Source of the DNA: Oopsacas minuta
Taxonomy: Eukaryota; Animalia; Porifera
Direction: 5' to 3'
DNA: 64,000 nucleotides
Assembly: GCA_024704765.1 (NCBI GenBank)
Contig: JAKMXF010000350.1
Location: 1-64,000, forward strand
Made by a program: the position numbers and the translations under genes. Shown piece by piece: positions 11,568 through 23,081 of the stretch; the first letter of the stretch is position 1; every line of letters starts with the position of its first letter. The notes beneath the pieces are model-generated. The model was not told the origin of the DNA, did no database searches, and saw nothing but the letters and a program-made list of their open reading frames with translations.

Positions 11568-12773
11568 ATGAGAAACCAGCTGTTCATATATTTAATCTTG
11601 ACTAGCTTGTTTATTACTACCATTTCTATAAGAATATTAGTCAAGCCCGAAATATTTAAAAGGGATTGGCCGTTTAATGGTGATCTAAATTTTTCAAAAG
11701 ATTGGTCGGATGAGTGTGATGTACCGTGTGTATGGACTGGGAGAGCTGATAACATAGATGGAGTTTTCTACACTATTAGACATAATAAAGATGCACGGTG
11801 GGCTTTTGATGATGCAAAGTTAGCCGCGATTACAATAGGGGGTGCTACAGAACCAGAGCATTATCATCCTCTACTGACGAATGAAAATTTTTGGAAATAT
11901 TTCACTGCTAGTGCGCTTCTTGCCACAGGTTCTGACATTCCATGGATATTAAAGGTTTCCAGCTATGAGGAAATCCAAAAGGTACAACCAATTACAGATC
12001 CTATTAGGAAAGGAGTAATAGGGATGTTCAATTGCAAGTCCTTTAATAATCGAGAAAAGATTTTGAAAGAAATGATGAAAATATTCCCGATTGCAAGTAT
12101 AGGACTTTGTGTCAGAACCGAACCATGGCCAATGTGTGGCTCTAAGGAATGTGATAAAGAACATGTACTGAGAAAATACATGTTTTGTCTTGCCTTTGAA
12201 AATGGTGATACTCCAGGTTTCGTGAGTGAGAAAATACACCAATGTTTTCGAGCTGGTTCACTTCCCGTGTGGTACGGCACGAAAGATGTTGCTTGGTTGC
12301 TACCGAAAGGATCCTATATAGACATGGGAGATTTTGAGTCTCATATACAATTGGCTCATTACTTGGTACATGTAATGAATAATGTTACTCTGTACAACAG
12401 CTATTTCGAATGGAAGAAACATCCACTTGATCCAGCTTATGTAGAAAGAAATGCTCCATTCTGGAACTATAAGATTCAATGCAGAGTTTGTCGGTATGTT
12501 TCGGTGATACAAAGAGGCTTAACATGGGACAAGACGACACAAAATGCTGAAATAGGATCCTCCAGACCGATCTACCCTGAAATAGACATTAAGGTACAAT
12601 ATTCAAGTGATATATTGGTTAAGAGTTTCGAAGAAGATCGAATAAACTATGTATTTAGATCTTATACTGATATGTTAGTGTTCTTGTCTCTTTTTGTAGT
12701 AATCTTTCTCGTTCTACATATTTCCGGCTACACGAAAGGAATCTTGAAATTTTTGAAATACCGGCGTTATTAA
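11568..12773 (+). CDS. Alpha-1,3-fucosyltransferase (GT10 family)
   Basis: Motif KYMFCLAFENGDTPGFVSEKIHQCFRAGSLPVWYG; N-terminal type II anchor LFIYLILTSLFITTISI; CRVC motif; first ATG at 11568 (ORF track starts at a TTG). Confidence 0.92.
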   Translation: MRNQLFIYLILTSLFITTISIRILVKPEIFKRDWPFNGDLNFSKDWSDECDVPCVWTGRADNIDGVFYTIRHNKDARWAFDDAKLAAITIGGATEPEHYHPLLTNENFWKYFTASALLATGSDIPWILKVSSYEEIQKVQPITDPIRKGVIGMFNCKSFNNREKILKEMMKIFPIASIGLCVRTEPWPMCGSKECDKEHVLRKYMFCLAFENGDTPGFVSEKIHQCFRAGSLPVWYGTKDVAWLLPKGSYIDMGDFESHIQLAHYLVHVMNNVTLYNSYFEWKKHPLDPAYVERNAPFWNYKIQCRVCRYVSVIQRGLTWDKTTQNAEIGSSRPIYPEIDIKVQYSSDILVKSFEEDRINYVFRSYTDMLVFLSLFVVIFLVLHISGYTKGILKFLKYRRY

Positions 12774-13727
12774 TATCATATAATTGAGTGCGTGTATATA
12801 TGCTAATTAATGACACATATCTGTATTTACCAATGTAATGAATTTAAGTTTCTCAAATTAGAGTGCTATGTCATTCTTCTTTCTATTATTAAGGGGCGCC
12901 GATAATCAGATGTGACCATATAGGGCGGCGCCAAGGCTGTCGCTTTGTTACATATACATAATGTTATCGTCTCTTTTTGTAAGAAATTTGTCAATATTTG
13001 TAACATATATAGGCCATGAGTCAGAAGGGTTGGTTGCAGAGCCGGATCAGCCACTAAGCCAAATAAGCCATAGCTTAGGCCCCCCACCCTTAAGGGGCCC
13101 ACCAATGGCGGGTTCGTAGCGGATAAGGAGATGTATACCCCTCAGGATATTCATACACTATCTGTAATGTTCATGTTATTCAATCGTTACGTTATTGAAC
13201 TCAATTTACAAACAATAAATTTTTTGGGCTCGCTCACATTTTACCCTTAAATGTATTGAATATCTGTGATAATTTAATATAGATTCAGTTAGTTTTATTG
13301 AATATCTTAACAATAGCCGTGGGCTGTTAAAATCCTTATTAAATCATCACAGTATTATGGAAAACGGACTTCCTATTGAAAAGCCTATTGAAAACAAGCT
13401 AACAATACATTTCTAACAAAGTTGAAGCAATGTGTTATAACACATTATATGAATTATACAGGCATATTTTATATGCACATTATGGTTGGATAGTGGCATC
13501 TATTCCTTAAGCATATTCCGACCACTTTGAGAATGGAATGTCACATTCCTGCGTTGTCAAGGGGAAAATTGTCCCAAACATGGTCATGTGACCCCTATAA
13601 AGAAAGGAAATATCATACTGGTTACGAATATCTGTATAGAAAATCAATTCGGCATAAAATATGAATGTTAATTGAATTTTATTGGTTTTGGCTCCAAATG
13701 GATAAATTTGATTAAAATTCAATTAAC

Positions 13728-14021
13728 ACTAGCGCGCGTAACTTGCTAGGTCGCTACGCGACACGAAGTGCAGAGATTACTAACGAAACGCGACATAGCA
13801 TCTGCAATGTCAACACACAAGGCCATTGAATCTAATTTGGTGGACCATGGATTATCAAATCTTAAAATTTTACTATTGTGTGAACTCGAGGCACGTAGTG
13901 GCGAATATATTCTGTCGCGTTTCGACCAATAACACTAATTTAGCTGTTTAATAATTATTACTTAAGTTAACCGGGAGTATTATGCTGTCGCGTAGCCACC
14001 TGGCAAGCGAACCGCGCTAGT
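13728..14021. mobile_element. ~290-bp element with inverted ends ACTAGCGCG...CGCGCTAGT; related copy at ~50200-50462
   Basis: Left ACTAGCGCGCGTAACTTGCTAGGTCGCTACGCGACA vs reverse complement of right ACTAGCGCGGTTCGCTTGCCAGGTGGCTACGCGACA; internal AGGCCATTGAAT..GACCATGGATTA..CGAGGCACGTAGTG shared with the 50.3-kb copy. Confidence 0.65.
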
Positions 14022-14774
14022 ACAGATTAATTGCGTTTTAATAGTAGTATATGATACTATTATAGATTTTTGTATGTATCTTTATATATTTGTTTGTATG
14101 TCCAGAATTGATTGAAGAAACTGGAAGACCAAGGGCTGAATTTTGGTATGCAAGGGTTTTTGGCCTGGGTCGTCAAGTTCGAGTCTTGGAAGAAAATGCA
14201 CACCTATGAAGGAATTATGACGTCATTGTTACCTTTTTGAATTTCAATAATCACATTATTAGCCACTACTCAGCCAATATAAATGATAGAAGTTTGAAAT
14301 TTTAATCGCAGGTACCCTTCAATATGACAAATGTCCTGATCTAACCGCTTTGAACAATTGCAAACTCATCATGAAATTATTACGTCATCATGATTGTACA
14401 AAAATTGAAAATTTTCCTAATTCCGAGAAGTTTTAGAATTTCTTGATACACGAGGTACCAAGTGCCGAAATTACTAACAACCACGTAAGTTCTCCAGTAT
14501 AGCGTTTTAATAATATACATTCATATTTTAATGAACAGTACTGAACAATGAAAACGTTCATGGCTCAAGGTTTTTGTTCACTATTGCAAAGTGTCCACCA
14601 ACCAGAGGTTACTATCGGGATTTCCCTGTATTAGAATGTTGTGAATAGATATAGTATACGTATTCTCGAATTCTCAAATGGCAATGGAATAGTAGAATAT
14701 AATATGAATATCGGGAAGTGTTCTAGGTTGCATTCTAATTTTTTAGAGTCGTCGGGTGCTGGGGCCCTCCAAAA

Positions 14775-14903
14775 GCCCGCGGTGTAGAAGCCCAGATTAA
14801 CCAAAACTCAGTTTAACCCCGAGATTAATTTTGGTCTAGCCTAGTTTATACCCCAGGGGTTAAACTGGGCGTGGAAGTTAATCTAGGCTGTTACACCGGG
14901 CCC
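14775..14903. mobile_element. Small MITE with GGCCC-type inverted ends (PIF/Harbinger-like)
   Basis: GCCCGCGGTGTAGAAGCCCAGATTAAC ... GTTAATCTAGGCTGTTACACCGGGCCC. Confidence 0.55.
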
Positions 14904-14967
14904 CAGTAAATGCCTCACCTTCCTCGCCCACTTCTCTCCCCTAGACCAGATATTTGATATTATTCCT

Positions 14968-15058
14968 TGACTAATATTTGATTTCTGGAATAATTCCAGA
15001 GTAGATTTACTGGGTAGGACAATTCATCGAAACAGTTTGTGAGACAGGACATGGACTC
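14968..15058 (+). pseudogene. ~90-bp relic of the 1649-3551 NHL gene family
   Basis: GATTTCTGGAATAATTCC...TTCATCGAAACAGTTTGTGAGACAGGACATGGACT matches the reverse complement of ~1745-1835 (GATTTCTGGGATAATTCC...TTCATTGAAACAGTTTGTGAGACAGGACATGGACT). Confidence 0.7.
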
Positions 15059-15229
15059 CGATAGGGCTGAAAGGGCTATCCTACTAAAATTATTTATTAG
15101 TGTATGATGGAACCTGCATAATTCGACACTCATTGGGGCATGAAAATTTTGGCAGTTTATCTAATTGTTGCATTATGCAGGTAAATTTGTATTGTCGGAA
15201 GCTATTTCAGATCAGAAACATTGGACGAA

Positions 15230-16670
15230 ATGACAGCAAGGCCTCAGCACTCGCCAGGTAGGAAATAGAATTGCTCGGACTGAAAGCCGAAACAGAGCTC
15301 CGTCTCCAGGTGAATGAATTCAATGAAACTCAATTAAGAATCCTAGCAGATCTCGAACAAACACTGAAGAGATTTGGAAACCACAGCCTGATAATCGAAT
15401 TATCTTTCGTTGCGATTCTAGACACTTGAAGGAGGTAACCTCAAGTGTGGGGGAGGTTATTGAGGTACACATTGTCCCCAGATACGAACTAATGAAACTC
15501 TTAGTTGATGTGGGAGGTATCTGGGAACCTAATGGTGTCGCTATAGACGAAAACACAGGTTTCTTATATGTCGCTAAGAGGTCAGGTAGAATCTCAATCT
15601 TCTCTGAGACAGGCGGCTTCCTAGATACCTTCACAAACCAAGTAATGGGAGAGCCACACGGTATAGCTATACACAGAGATAATCTGTACGTGATGGACAT
15701 GCAAGTATACGTATTGTTCCATTTTTAGTTTGAAGCCGGCATCCGTCTAGTCGCTACGTTTGGAGTGGTTATGGAGGGGCTGATATTCAGTTAAGTTTAG
15801 GGCATTAGGATCGTACGATCATTGATCGCTCGATCACGATCGCGATACTTTTTTGACGATCTGGCGATGATCGGCGATCATTGTTGTATTAAGGATCGGA
15901 TATAAGATCGCGATCCTTTTTTGCACAACAGTCATTTTTTCGATCATTTTTTGTATACTTTGAATGCTACTATCATTAGCGTTTTTTGTACTTAGGTAAT
16001 TTTTCCAAATTTGTGTTCAACAATCAGTAATATTCGTTCGTAGAATGCGTTGATTCTCCACCTATGTTTCTTTTGGCATAAGAAATGATGTAACTATCAA
16101 AAATATGTCTTGAGTATTACACAAACGATTGGAAAAAAGTATCGAGATCGGGATCGGCGATCATAATTTCAGCTAAGATCGCGATCTTGTTTAACACGAT
16201 CGACTAATGCCTTAGTTAAATTCCCCTCACGGTCTCACTGTCTCTAAACACGGAGATTTGTATATTGTAGATTATAGCAACTGGAGAATCAAAATCCTAG
16301 ACTCATCCTTACGTTTGAAAAATCACATAACACATAACAGAATGGCTTGCCTCAAGACGTTAAGCTGACACAAGAAGAAGTCTACCTGCTATGTGAAATG
16401 TTTCCCTGACTATTCGTGTTCTCTAACGCTAGAGTAATGAAACGTTTCTCAAGGAGAACGCGAATATGAATGCCAACTAATAAATCCTTGCTTCTTATGT
16501 GTGGACGCTAGAGTGTCCTTATCAGTGATTGGGAAGATAAAGTGAAGATATTCTCTAAAGATGAAAGGCTTCTACACACCACGCACAATCCAATTAGAAA
16601 TCTCTAGCTCTTACCAGTTCCTCAATCAATTCCAGACAAAAACTACATCAAGTTTTAATATACGAGTAAT
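15230..16670 (+). pseudogene. NHL-repeat pseudogene (stops, frameshifts, MITE insertion)
   Basis: IWEPNGVAIDENTGFLYVA and GEPHGIAIHRDNLYVMD, in-frame TAG at 15726, MITE insertion, then LNSPHGLTVSKHGDLYIVDYSNWRIKILDSSL. Confidence 0.8.
15798..16214. mobile_element. hAT-type MITE with GATC-rich subtermini
   Basis: TIR TAGGGCATTAG / CTAATGCCTTA; 8-bp TSD GTTAAGTT (15790-15797) / GTTAAATT (16215-16222); 18 GATC sites clustered at both ends. Confidence 0.85.
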
Positions 16671-16718
16671 TAATATATTTGAAAATTAACATTATTTTTG
16701 AAGTTTGATCGTAATCTA

Positions 16719-16852
16719 CAGTAGAGTCTAGTTTATACGTACTCCATATTCGGAGTACACTCGTACGTATTCCGAACTAATTTACATAGAATAATTATTG
16801 AGGGTAACTGATAAAACGTATTATCCTTGTTCGTATTAACGAGACTCTACTG
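16719..16852. mobile_element. Tc1/mariner-type MITE
   Basis: TA|CAGTAGAGTCT ... AGACTCTACTG|TA. Confidence 0.8.
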
Positions 16853-17417
16853 TAGCTTGTTTTAACTTTTATTATTGTTATTATTATTCCTATAGTATCA
16901 TTTTAATTTCGTTTAGTGGGCGATGGATGGTATATGACGTATGTACAACTTCCGAATGATATTAAGTAGTTCAATAAAAACATAAATATTTGTACTCATG
17001 TACATTGGGATTGCTTCAATCTGACATTTCAGAGGAAATTTCTTATACAAATATTTATCGTATGATTCTGCAGGTGTCCTCGTCGTAAAACTACTCAGCA
17101 ATCGAAGGCCATGGTTAAGATCATTCTTAATAGCAAAATTTCTTCAGAGAAACCCAAAGGTTTCAAGAGGCATAATTTTCTCTAAAGTATCCCTAATTCC
17201 ACGTTTATATAGGTTCGTTTCTATGGAATTGAATGAATGTGGACCAAAATTTCCCGCTTATAGAGGTTCCCCATTTATAGAGGTGGCACTGTACACCATT
17301 TTGTAGATCGAGAAAACACTTATCAGCAGTTTGGGGATTGTTTTAACTGAATGTCTGTCTACAAATAGACAATCTACTTAAAAGATTATTTTAAATTATA
17401 CATTTTCGCAAGCTAAC

Positions 17418-18152
17418 ATGTCTCTAGGTCTAGACAGCTTCCATTCCCAGTGTGTATACCGTGTTTTACGTCCTGATGAAGATTTTAACAACCACCTGTT
17501 CTGCTGTGACATAAAATCTAATCGTACTATAGACCAGCATATAGCAGATGGACTCAAAATACCGTCACATTTCATATCAACCACATCTTCATTAGCTAAT
17601 GCTGTGAAATGGTTGAATACATCTAATAGAAAATGTTTTCTACGTTACTTTAATATAAGAAGTGTAATCGTTAGAATTGATATTTCTATCATAAAGACTA
17701 AATACCCAATCATAGCCTCTACTGCCTACGATCTATCTAGTGTGGTTAATAGGAATCATTTTCTTAAAACAGAGATACAAAAGAAATACTCCGCTGCTTA
17801 CAGTGAGGTAGTTTTTAATTCAATTATTCCTAAGGAAGCTGTTTTTGTTGAGTTTATAGTTGGGATGGGAAATATTGGGAGTCCTAGTGTCCGAAACGAT
17901 ACTTCTATATTATATGAGACAATGTCAGAGATATTAGGGGAAGAAAATACGGAATTCTTAGAAATCTTCAAACAAAAAGAGAAGGAACACGGTTCTCCCA
18001 TCACCTCCCAAACATCATCTAGGCTCCCTATTCAACAAGCCCTTGGACATAGCCCTCCTATAGATCAAGTACCTCCGTTGAATACATATCTACCCAATCA
18101 GAAAGAATATATAGAAACACTCTTGAAACTGCTCGGACGTCCTCCCAGTTAG
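17418..18152 (+). CDS. R-S-E type (cholera/pertussis toxin fold) ADP-ribosyltransferase-like protein with low-complexity C-tail
   Basis: Ordered motifs CVYRVLRPDED (R), HFISTTSSL (S-T-T), AAYSEVVFNSIIPKEAV (E), with toxin-like spacing; no signal peptide; paralogue at 1-578. Confidence 0.75.
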   Translation: MSLGLDSFHSQCVYRVLRPDEDFNNHLFCCDIKSNRTIDQHIADGLKIPSHFISTTSSLANAVKWLNTSNRKCFLRYFNIRSVIVRIDISIIKTKYPIIASTAYDLSSVVNRNHFLKTEIQKKYSAAYSEVVFNSIIPKEAVFVEFIVGMGNIGSPSVRNDTSILYETMSEILGEENTEFLEIFKQKEKEHGSPITSQTSSRLPIQQALGHSPPIDQVPPLNTYLPNQKEYIETLLKLLGRPPS

Positions 18153-20086
18153 TATTGTATACAAATACTCACTCCATTTTTACTAGTAATTGCTACAAAC
18201 AGTATACATACACTAATGTATTATTTTCTAAAAAACATTTACGTGTATATTCCAAATCCGTATATTTATACCATTTGTTATAAACTGTCATTTAATTATT
18301 TCTATCCACACCTCTAATAATTAGTGGAAGAGCGAATCTAAACCAACCAGTCATAGCTGCATAGGTACGAGCAAGTTTACAGAAAATGAGGAAATATCTT
18401 GCGTTCGTTGCCATAGGCGCCTAGGCTTTTGAATACTCCACTGCTGCTGGCTCTTCCCAGAAAATACCGGTGTTACCCTGAATAGTGTTCCCTGTGAAAA
18501 TGTTCCCCGGAACATATTCACTAGGGAATATGGTTCCCCAAACATTAATATGTAGAGGATATTAATCAGTTACCTAGTGTATTGTCCCTTGAAATTGGTC
18601 CACCGAAAATTTGGTCCCCGGACCATTTCCATTGAATTTTTAGTTTTTGAGATTTTGCTAATCTGTTTACTTTATTTTCACAAAAACAACAATAAATTTA
18701 CATATGATTAATCTAAAAGTGTGAAAATCGGATTCAGCATGTTCGATATATTTAGTGAAGTTTTATTGAATAATACAGATGATTTGCCTCTGATTGGGTC
18801 AACATTTTTGCACCAAAGTATGAACTTTCCCACTAATTAAACATGAAAATAGGTGAAGATATCATTTTTTGAATTTCTTAACATATACATCCTGATTTCA
18901 CATGTCTGTAACAATTGGAACTATGATTAAATATATACATATCCATCGGCTACACTAATATTCATATATGATATTATTGTTGTTGTGAAATGAAAATAAT
19001 TATTTTGTATTTCTGTTGCTAATTTGCAACTTCAGCTAACATCTGTTTATTTTCAAGGTCTTGTTACACTAAAATCATATTAACGGACTGAGCTGACAGC
19101 ACAGATTGTACTTATATATTTTTGCTCGTTATGCTCGCATAAATTGTCAAATTATATATAGAATGATTTGTATTTGCCAAACGCAAGAAATTTTTTCTGT
19201 TTCCCTATAGCCTAAGCATTACAAAAAGGTATAACGCTTCCTCCTACTAAAATATTGCACTGAATTAGTTTACTATTCTGCCTACAGTATCTATCGGTAC
19301 GCATTGTTTTTACTGTATTAAATATACTTAGTATATTGTCGAGTATTGCATAGAAATGTATACCTTAGTTCCGTGTACAGTGCTAACTACCAGTTTGTAT
19401 GTAAATTATTGCCAATATTTATTTTGCGGCGCTTTCACAACCAAACTACAAGAGATTAAGAGTTCAAATTTTACATAAATATGGGTTAGGACCATCCCCT
19501 TATCCGATATCAGGAGAGACAATTTGACACCTATCAAACTTTTGTGACCTTTAGCAAAATATTATGATGCATAATTGCACACATTTGAAACCGTCAATAA
19601 TTATTTATCTCTTCATTTTCAAGTATTTTTGATTTTGTTAATAATTTTGCCGTAAAAATGCAAAATATTTCCAATAATTTTAATACTACCTAGTAATCAG
19701 CACAGTATACAAAACTAAGGCACCCGTTTCAATACTGAGCCACTATACTAAAGTATATTCAGCAAAGTATAAACAATACTTACGACCTTACGTGTATCAA
19801 CTAGTCATTACGGGTATTAACCAGCAGGATATAAGTATATCTACATGAGTCATCATATGATTAACCATATTTTCACACCATTTTGCATACCTTTCGAAAT
19901 TATGCTAGAAATTTCATTTTAACTGTTTGTCAGGATAATCGAGTATGTAGATACAAATTTGGTTTGGATCCTGAAAAAGAACAAACAAATAACCCTGAGC
20001 TGCACTACCAGTCTATCGGCTGGACATATTTTATATATTATAACTAATATATGTATACTAGTCTTAATTACCTATAATCTAATCCT

Positions 20087-20941
20087 ATGGCTCACATTAC
20101 CCCAACAAGTTTTGACGAATTTACGAATCCAAACACAGACAATATACCAATTGGACAGTATCAGTTACGTTATGTTACAGTAAAACAAAATATGTTCATG
20201 AGTAGTGCAGTTCGATCTATTTCCATAGATGATAGTACTTCAAATCTCTTCATAACTGCTTCTACAAGAGGCACTATATATGTGTGTAACATAAATGGAG
20301 AACTGCTCTATCATTTTGGAAGCAGACTCCCACTAACAGAACTTCGTAATCCATGGTACAACTGTATATTTGGTGATTTGGTATACGTTAGTGACTATTC
20401 TACGAGTAAGGCTTCTATCTACACGACAGGAGGGGATATTATCACTAGTTTTACTGAATTGTGTGGACACAAGTTAAAGCGACCTAACGGAATATTGATA
20501 GAGCCTTCAGAGGGTGATCTTATCCTCTGTGATACTGATGAAAATGTTGTACTCATAACTCATTGTAATTCTATGGGATTAATTACTACTATAAGGAAAG
20601 ATGTATTAGCTCAGCCATACGGGATTAGATTAGTTCAAGAAACTATATTTGTCTTAGGAACTGTTCTAAATAGTAGGAAGATAGTTCAGCTTTCTTTAAG
20701 TGGAGAAATTCATAGAATCATTACCATGACAATACAGTCCGTATCGACCTATTTTTTTGAGATTGGTGAGGGTAATGATATAATTATATGCGATAATAAC
20801 TGGGTATACATATTAGACTCAAATGGCTTAAAGATAGCATCATATGCAAATAAAAGTGAGGGCTATACAGAATCAAGTATGGTCAAGTATTCAAGTACTC
20901 AGTTACTAGCAATACGTGTAATATATATGATGGATTCTTGA
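20087..20941 (+). CDS. Divergent NHL-like beta-propeller protein
   Basis: 284-aa intact ORF; SISIDDSTSNLFITAS, LVYVSDYSTSKASIY, LKRPNGILIEPSEGDLILCD, LAQPYGIRLV. Confidence 0.8.
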   Translation: MAHITPTSFDEFTNPNTDNIPIGQYQLRYVTVKQNMFMSSAVRSISIDDSTSNLFITASTRGTIYVCNINGELLYHFGSRLPLTELRNPWYNCIFGDLVYVSDYSTSKASIYTTGGDIITSFTELCGHKLKRPNGILIEPSEGDLILCDTDENVVLITHCNSMGLITTIRKDVLAQPYGIRLVQETIFVLGTVLNSRKIVQLSLSGEIHRIITMTIQSVSTYFFEIGEGNDIIICDNNWVYILDSNGLKIASYANKSEGYTESSMVKYSSTQLLAIRVIYMMDS

Positions 20942-22109
20942 ATATAACTTTGTTCATGTATTTATTGGTCTTAAGTTTTAACTTAACTTCTTAGTGAATA
21001 CGGCCCCCTGGTATTGAAATTTATTTCGATACTTCTGACCCTTTTTGTTGCGTGTTCTGGACATATTTTTAATGAATTAGCTATCCCTGAATGTTGTCTC
21101 AGGGACTCTCAATGCAATAATTATATGTGTTGTTGATAAATACTTTTTTTTATTAGCTCTATTTATTTCCAGGGTTGCCGTAGGTATGGGAATCATTTTC
21201 TTTCTATATGAATTCTTATATGGGAAAACCCATATGAATTCCCACAGAAATTCTATGGGAATGGACTGGGAATTGAAATTTCATTCCCACACCAATTTTC
21301 CCAATCCAGTGTCTTTTAATTTGCTATTTGAGTCCTCAAATTTAATCGATTAAATCTCGACCTTAGCTACCATGCTTAATAATTCTACATAAACATCCGC
21401 ATTTAGCTGTACCAGGCTATAGGCGTAGCGGCGGGGGTCCTGACCCCTCCACAATATAATGAAATTTCGATCATACTACTGAAAATATTTGAAAACGATA
21501 TATATTGACAAGCTGTTTCCCCCCTCTAAATTCTGCTCGCCCTCCTCAAAAATTATTTTGCTGCTACGCCCATAGCTGTACACGTCGCTCTTCCACTCCT
21601 CACAAATGTCTATTATTTTTATTGTATAATGACTTGACTCTAAATCTAATTATAAGTATGTAAAGATATTCACCTTTAAGCTCTAAACGTTTTAAGTCAA
21701 GTATATGCCCCTTTAGGCATGTTCTCGGTTCTACAAGTAAGTAATTACAGACAATGATGCCAATGGAAATTTTGAAAAAAGTAAAATTGTCAGTTAAAAA
21801 TGTCACTAAAGTTCGAAACTTATGTCAACTAACGAGGGTAAATTTTTATAATAGGTTAAATATTCCAAGTCCTTGGGAACTTAATCATACGGTTGGGAAA
21901 CTCTTATTCTTTAGCAACTACTTTCCAACGTTGAATATGTTTTGCTTCGATATTAAATCCGAGTTCTACTGTAGTTCGATTTTCGTGTAGGTGTTACCAT
22001 TCGAGTAAATACGGTAAAATTAGTATTATCTCTCACTTCTATAATTTCTATTCTCTTTCCTCAGAGTATCCTCTAGCATCCTGTAGCCTGTAGATAATTT
22101 TGATTAATT

Positions 22110-23081
22110 ATGGACTGTTCTTTCACATCACGGAGGGCTCTCAACCCTGAGCTACACCTAGACACTAACAAAATCCCGAGCATTAATATACACAGGAACC
22201 ATTCTATACCTCACTCTATAGATATCCCTCTCGTATCCTACAAAGAATTACCTGATCACATGACATGGCTAACTGACAATCCATTCCTTCGAAACTATTA
22301 TCGTAAACCTACCAACTCCTTCCTCACCTGTGTATCTTCTAACTTCTCACATTTACACACAGAATCACTTAACATACTCACCCATCTAATCCCTACTCTA
22401 CTAGCAGTGTATGCTATCTTACACTTGCTGCTGTACAAGCAACCCTTATCAATACTCTCTCATAGTATAGAATGGGAATACACTAGTAGCATGGATAGAC
22501 TAGTCCTGTGTCTGGTGTTAGTTGGTATATTATCTTGCATGGGACTGTCTACACTTTATCACACATTCAGTTGTCATGAGGTGTATGGGGGACATTTCCT
22601 ATCAGCTGATCTAGTGGGTATAGTCCTGTTTGGTTATAGTATAACACAAGCTACTGAATATTTCATTTTCTACTTACACTCGAATATTTTCATATGTTCA
22701 GTAATCTCAAATCTATTTTTCACAGTGATTTGTATTTTCCTTATTAAAACAGATACATTTTCTAGACCTGAGAATAAATGGCATAGATGTGGTCTATTCT
22801 TCTTCTACGGTGTGTTTATATTCACCCCTCCACTGTTTTGTCTCACTCTTAGGCTTGGAGTACAAATTGATTTATTCACTTATTTTATGTATTGTTTTGC
22901 TAACCTGATAGCTATTGGAGGTGCTGTATTATACTCATTTAAGTTCCCTGAGAGTTATGCTCCAGGTGTTTATGATATCTGGGGACAGAGTCACACAACA
23001 ATGCATGTCACTTCTGCTATTTCTGCATTTTTCCTGTATCAGGCTATTCTACAGACAGCCGAGTTTGCTATCCAACTGTAG
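22110..23081 (+). CDS. PAQR / adiponectin-receptor-like 7TM protein (HlyIII family)
   Basis: HTESLNILTH, STLYHTFSCH, ADLVGI and PESYAPGVYDIWGQSHTTMH motifs; seven hydrophobic segments. Confidence 0.92.
   Translation: MDCSFTSRRALNPELHLDTNKIPSINIHRNHSIPHSIDIPLVSYKELPDHMTWLTDNPFLRNYYRKPTNSFLTCVSSNFSHLHTESLNILTHLIPTLLAVYAILHLLLYKQPLSILSHSIEWEYTSSMDRLVLCLVLVGILSCMGLSTLYHTFSCHEVYGGHFLSADLVGIVLFGYSITQATEYFIFYLHSNIFICSVISNLFFTVICIFLIKTDTFSRPENKWHRCGLFFFYGVFIFTPPLFCLTLRLGVQIDLFTYFMYCFANLIAIGGAVLYSFKFPESYAPGVYDIWGQSHTTMHVTSAISAFFLYQAILQTAEFAIQL

Noticed and set aside
15798-16214. GATC cluster as a bacterial oriC/Dam signal or contamination
   Set aside because: Bounded by TIRs and an 8-bp TSD within a eukaryotic pseudogene; no DnaA-box array.
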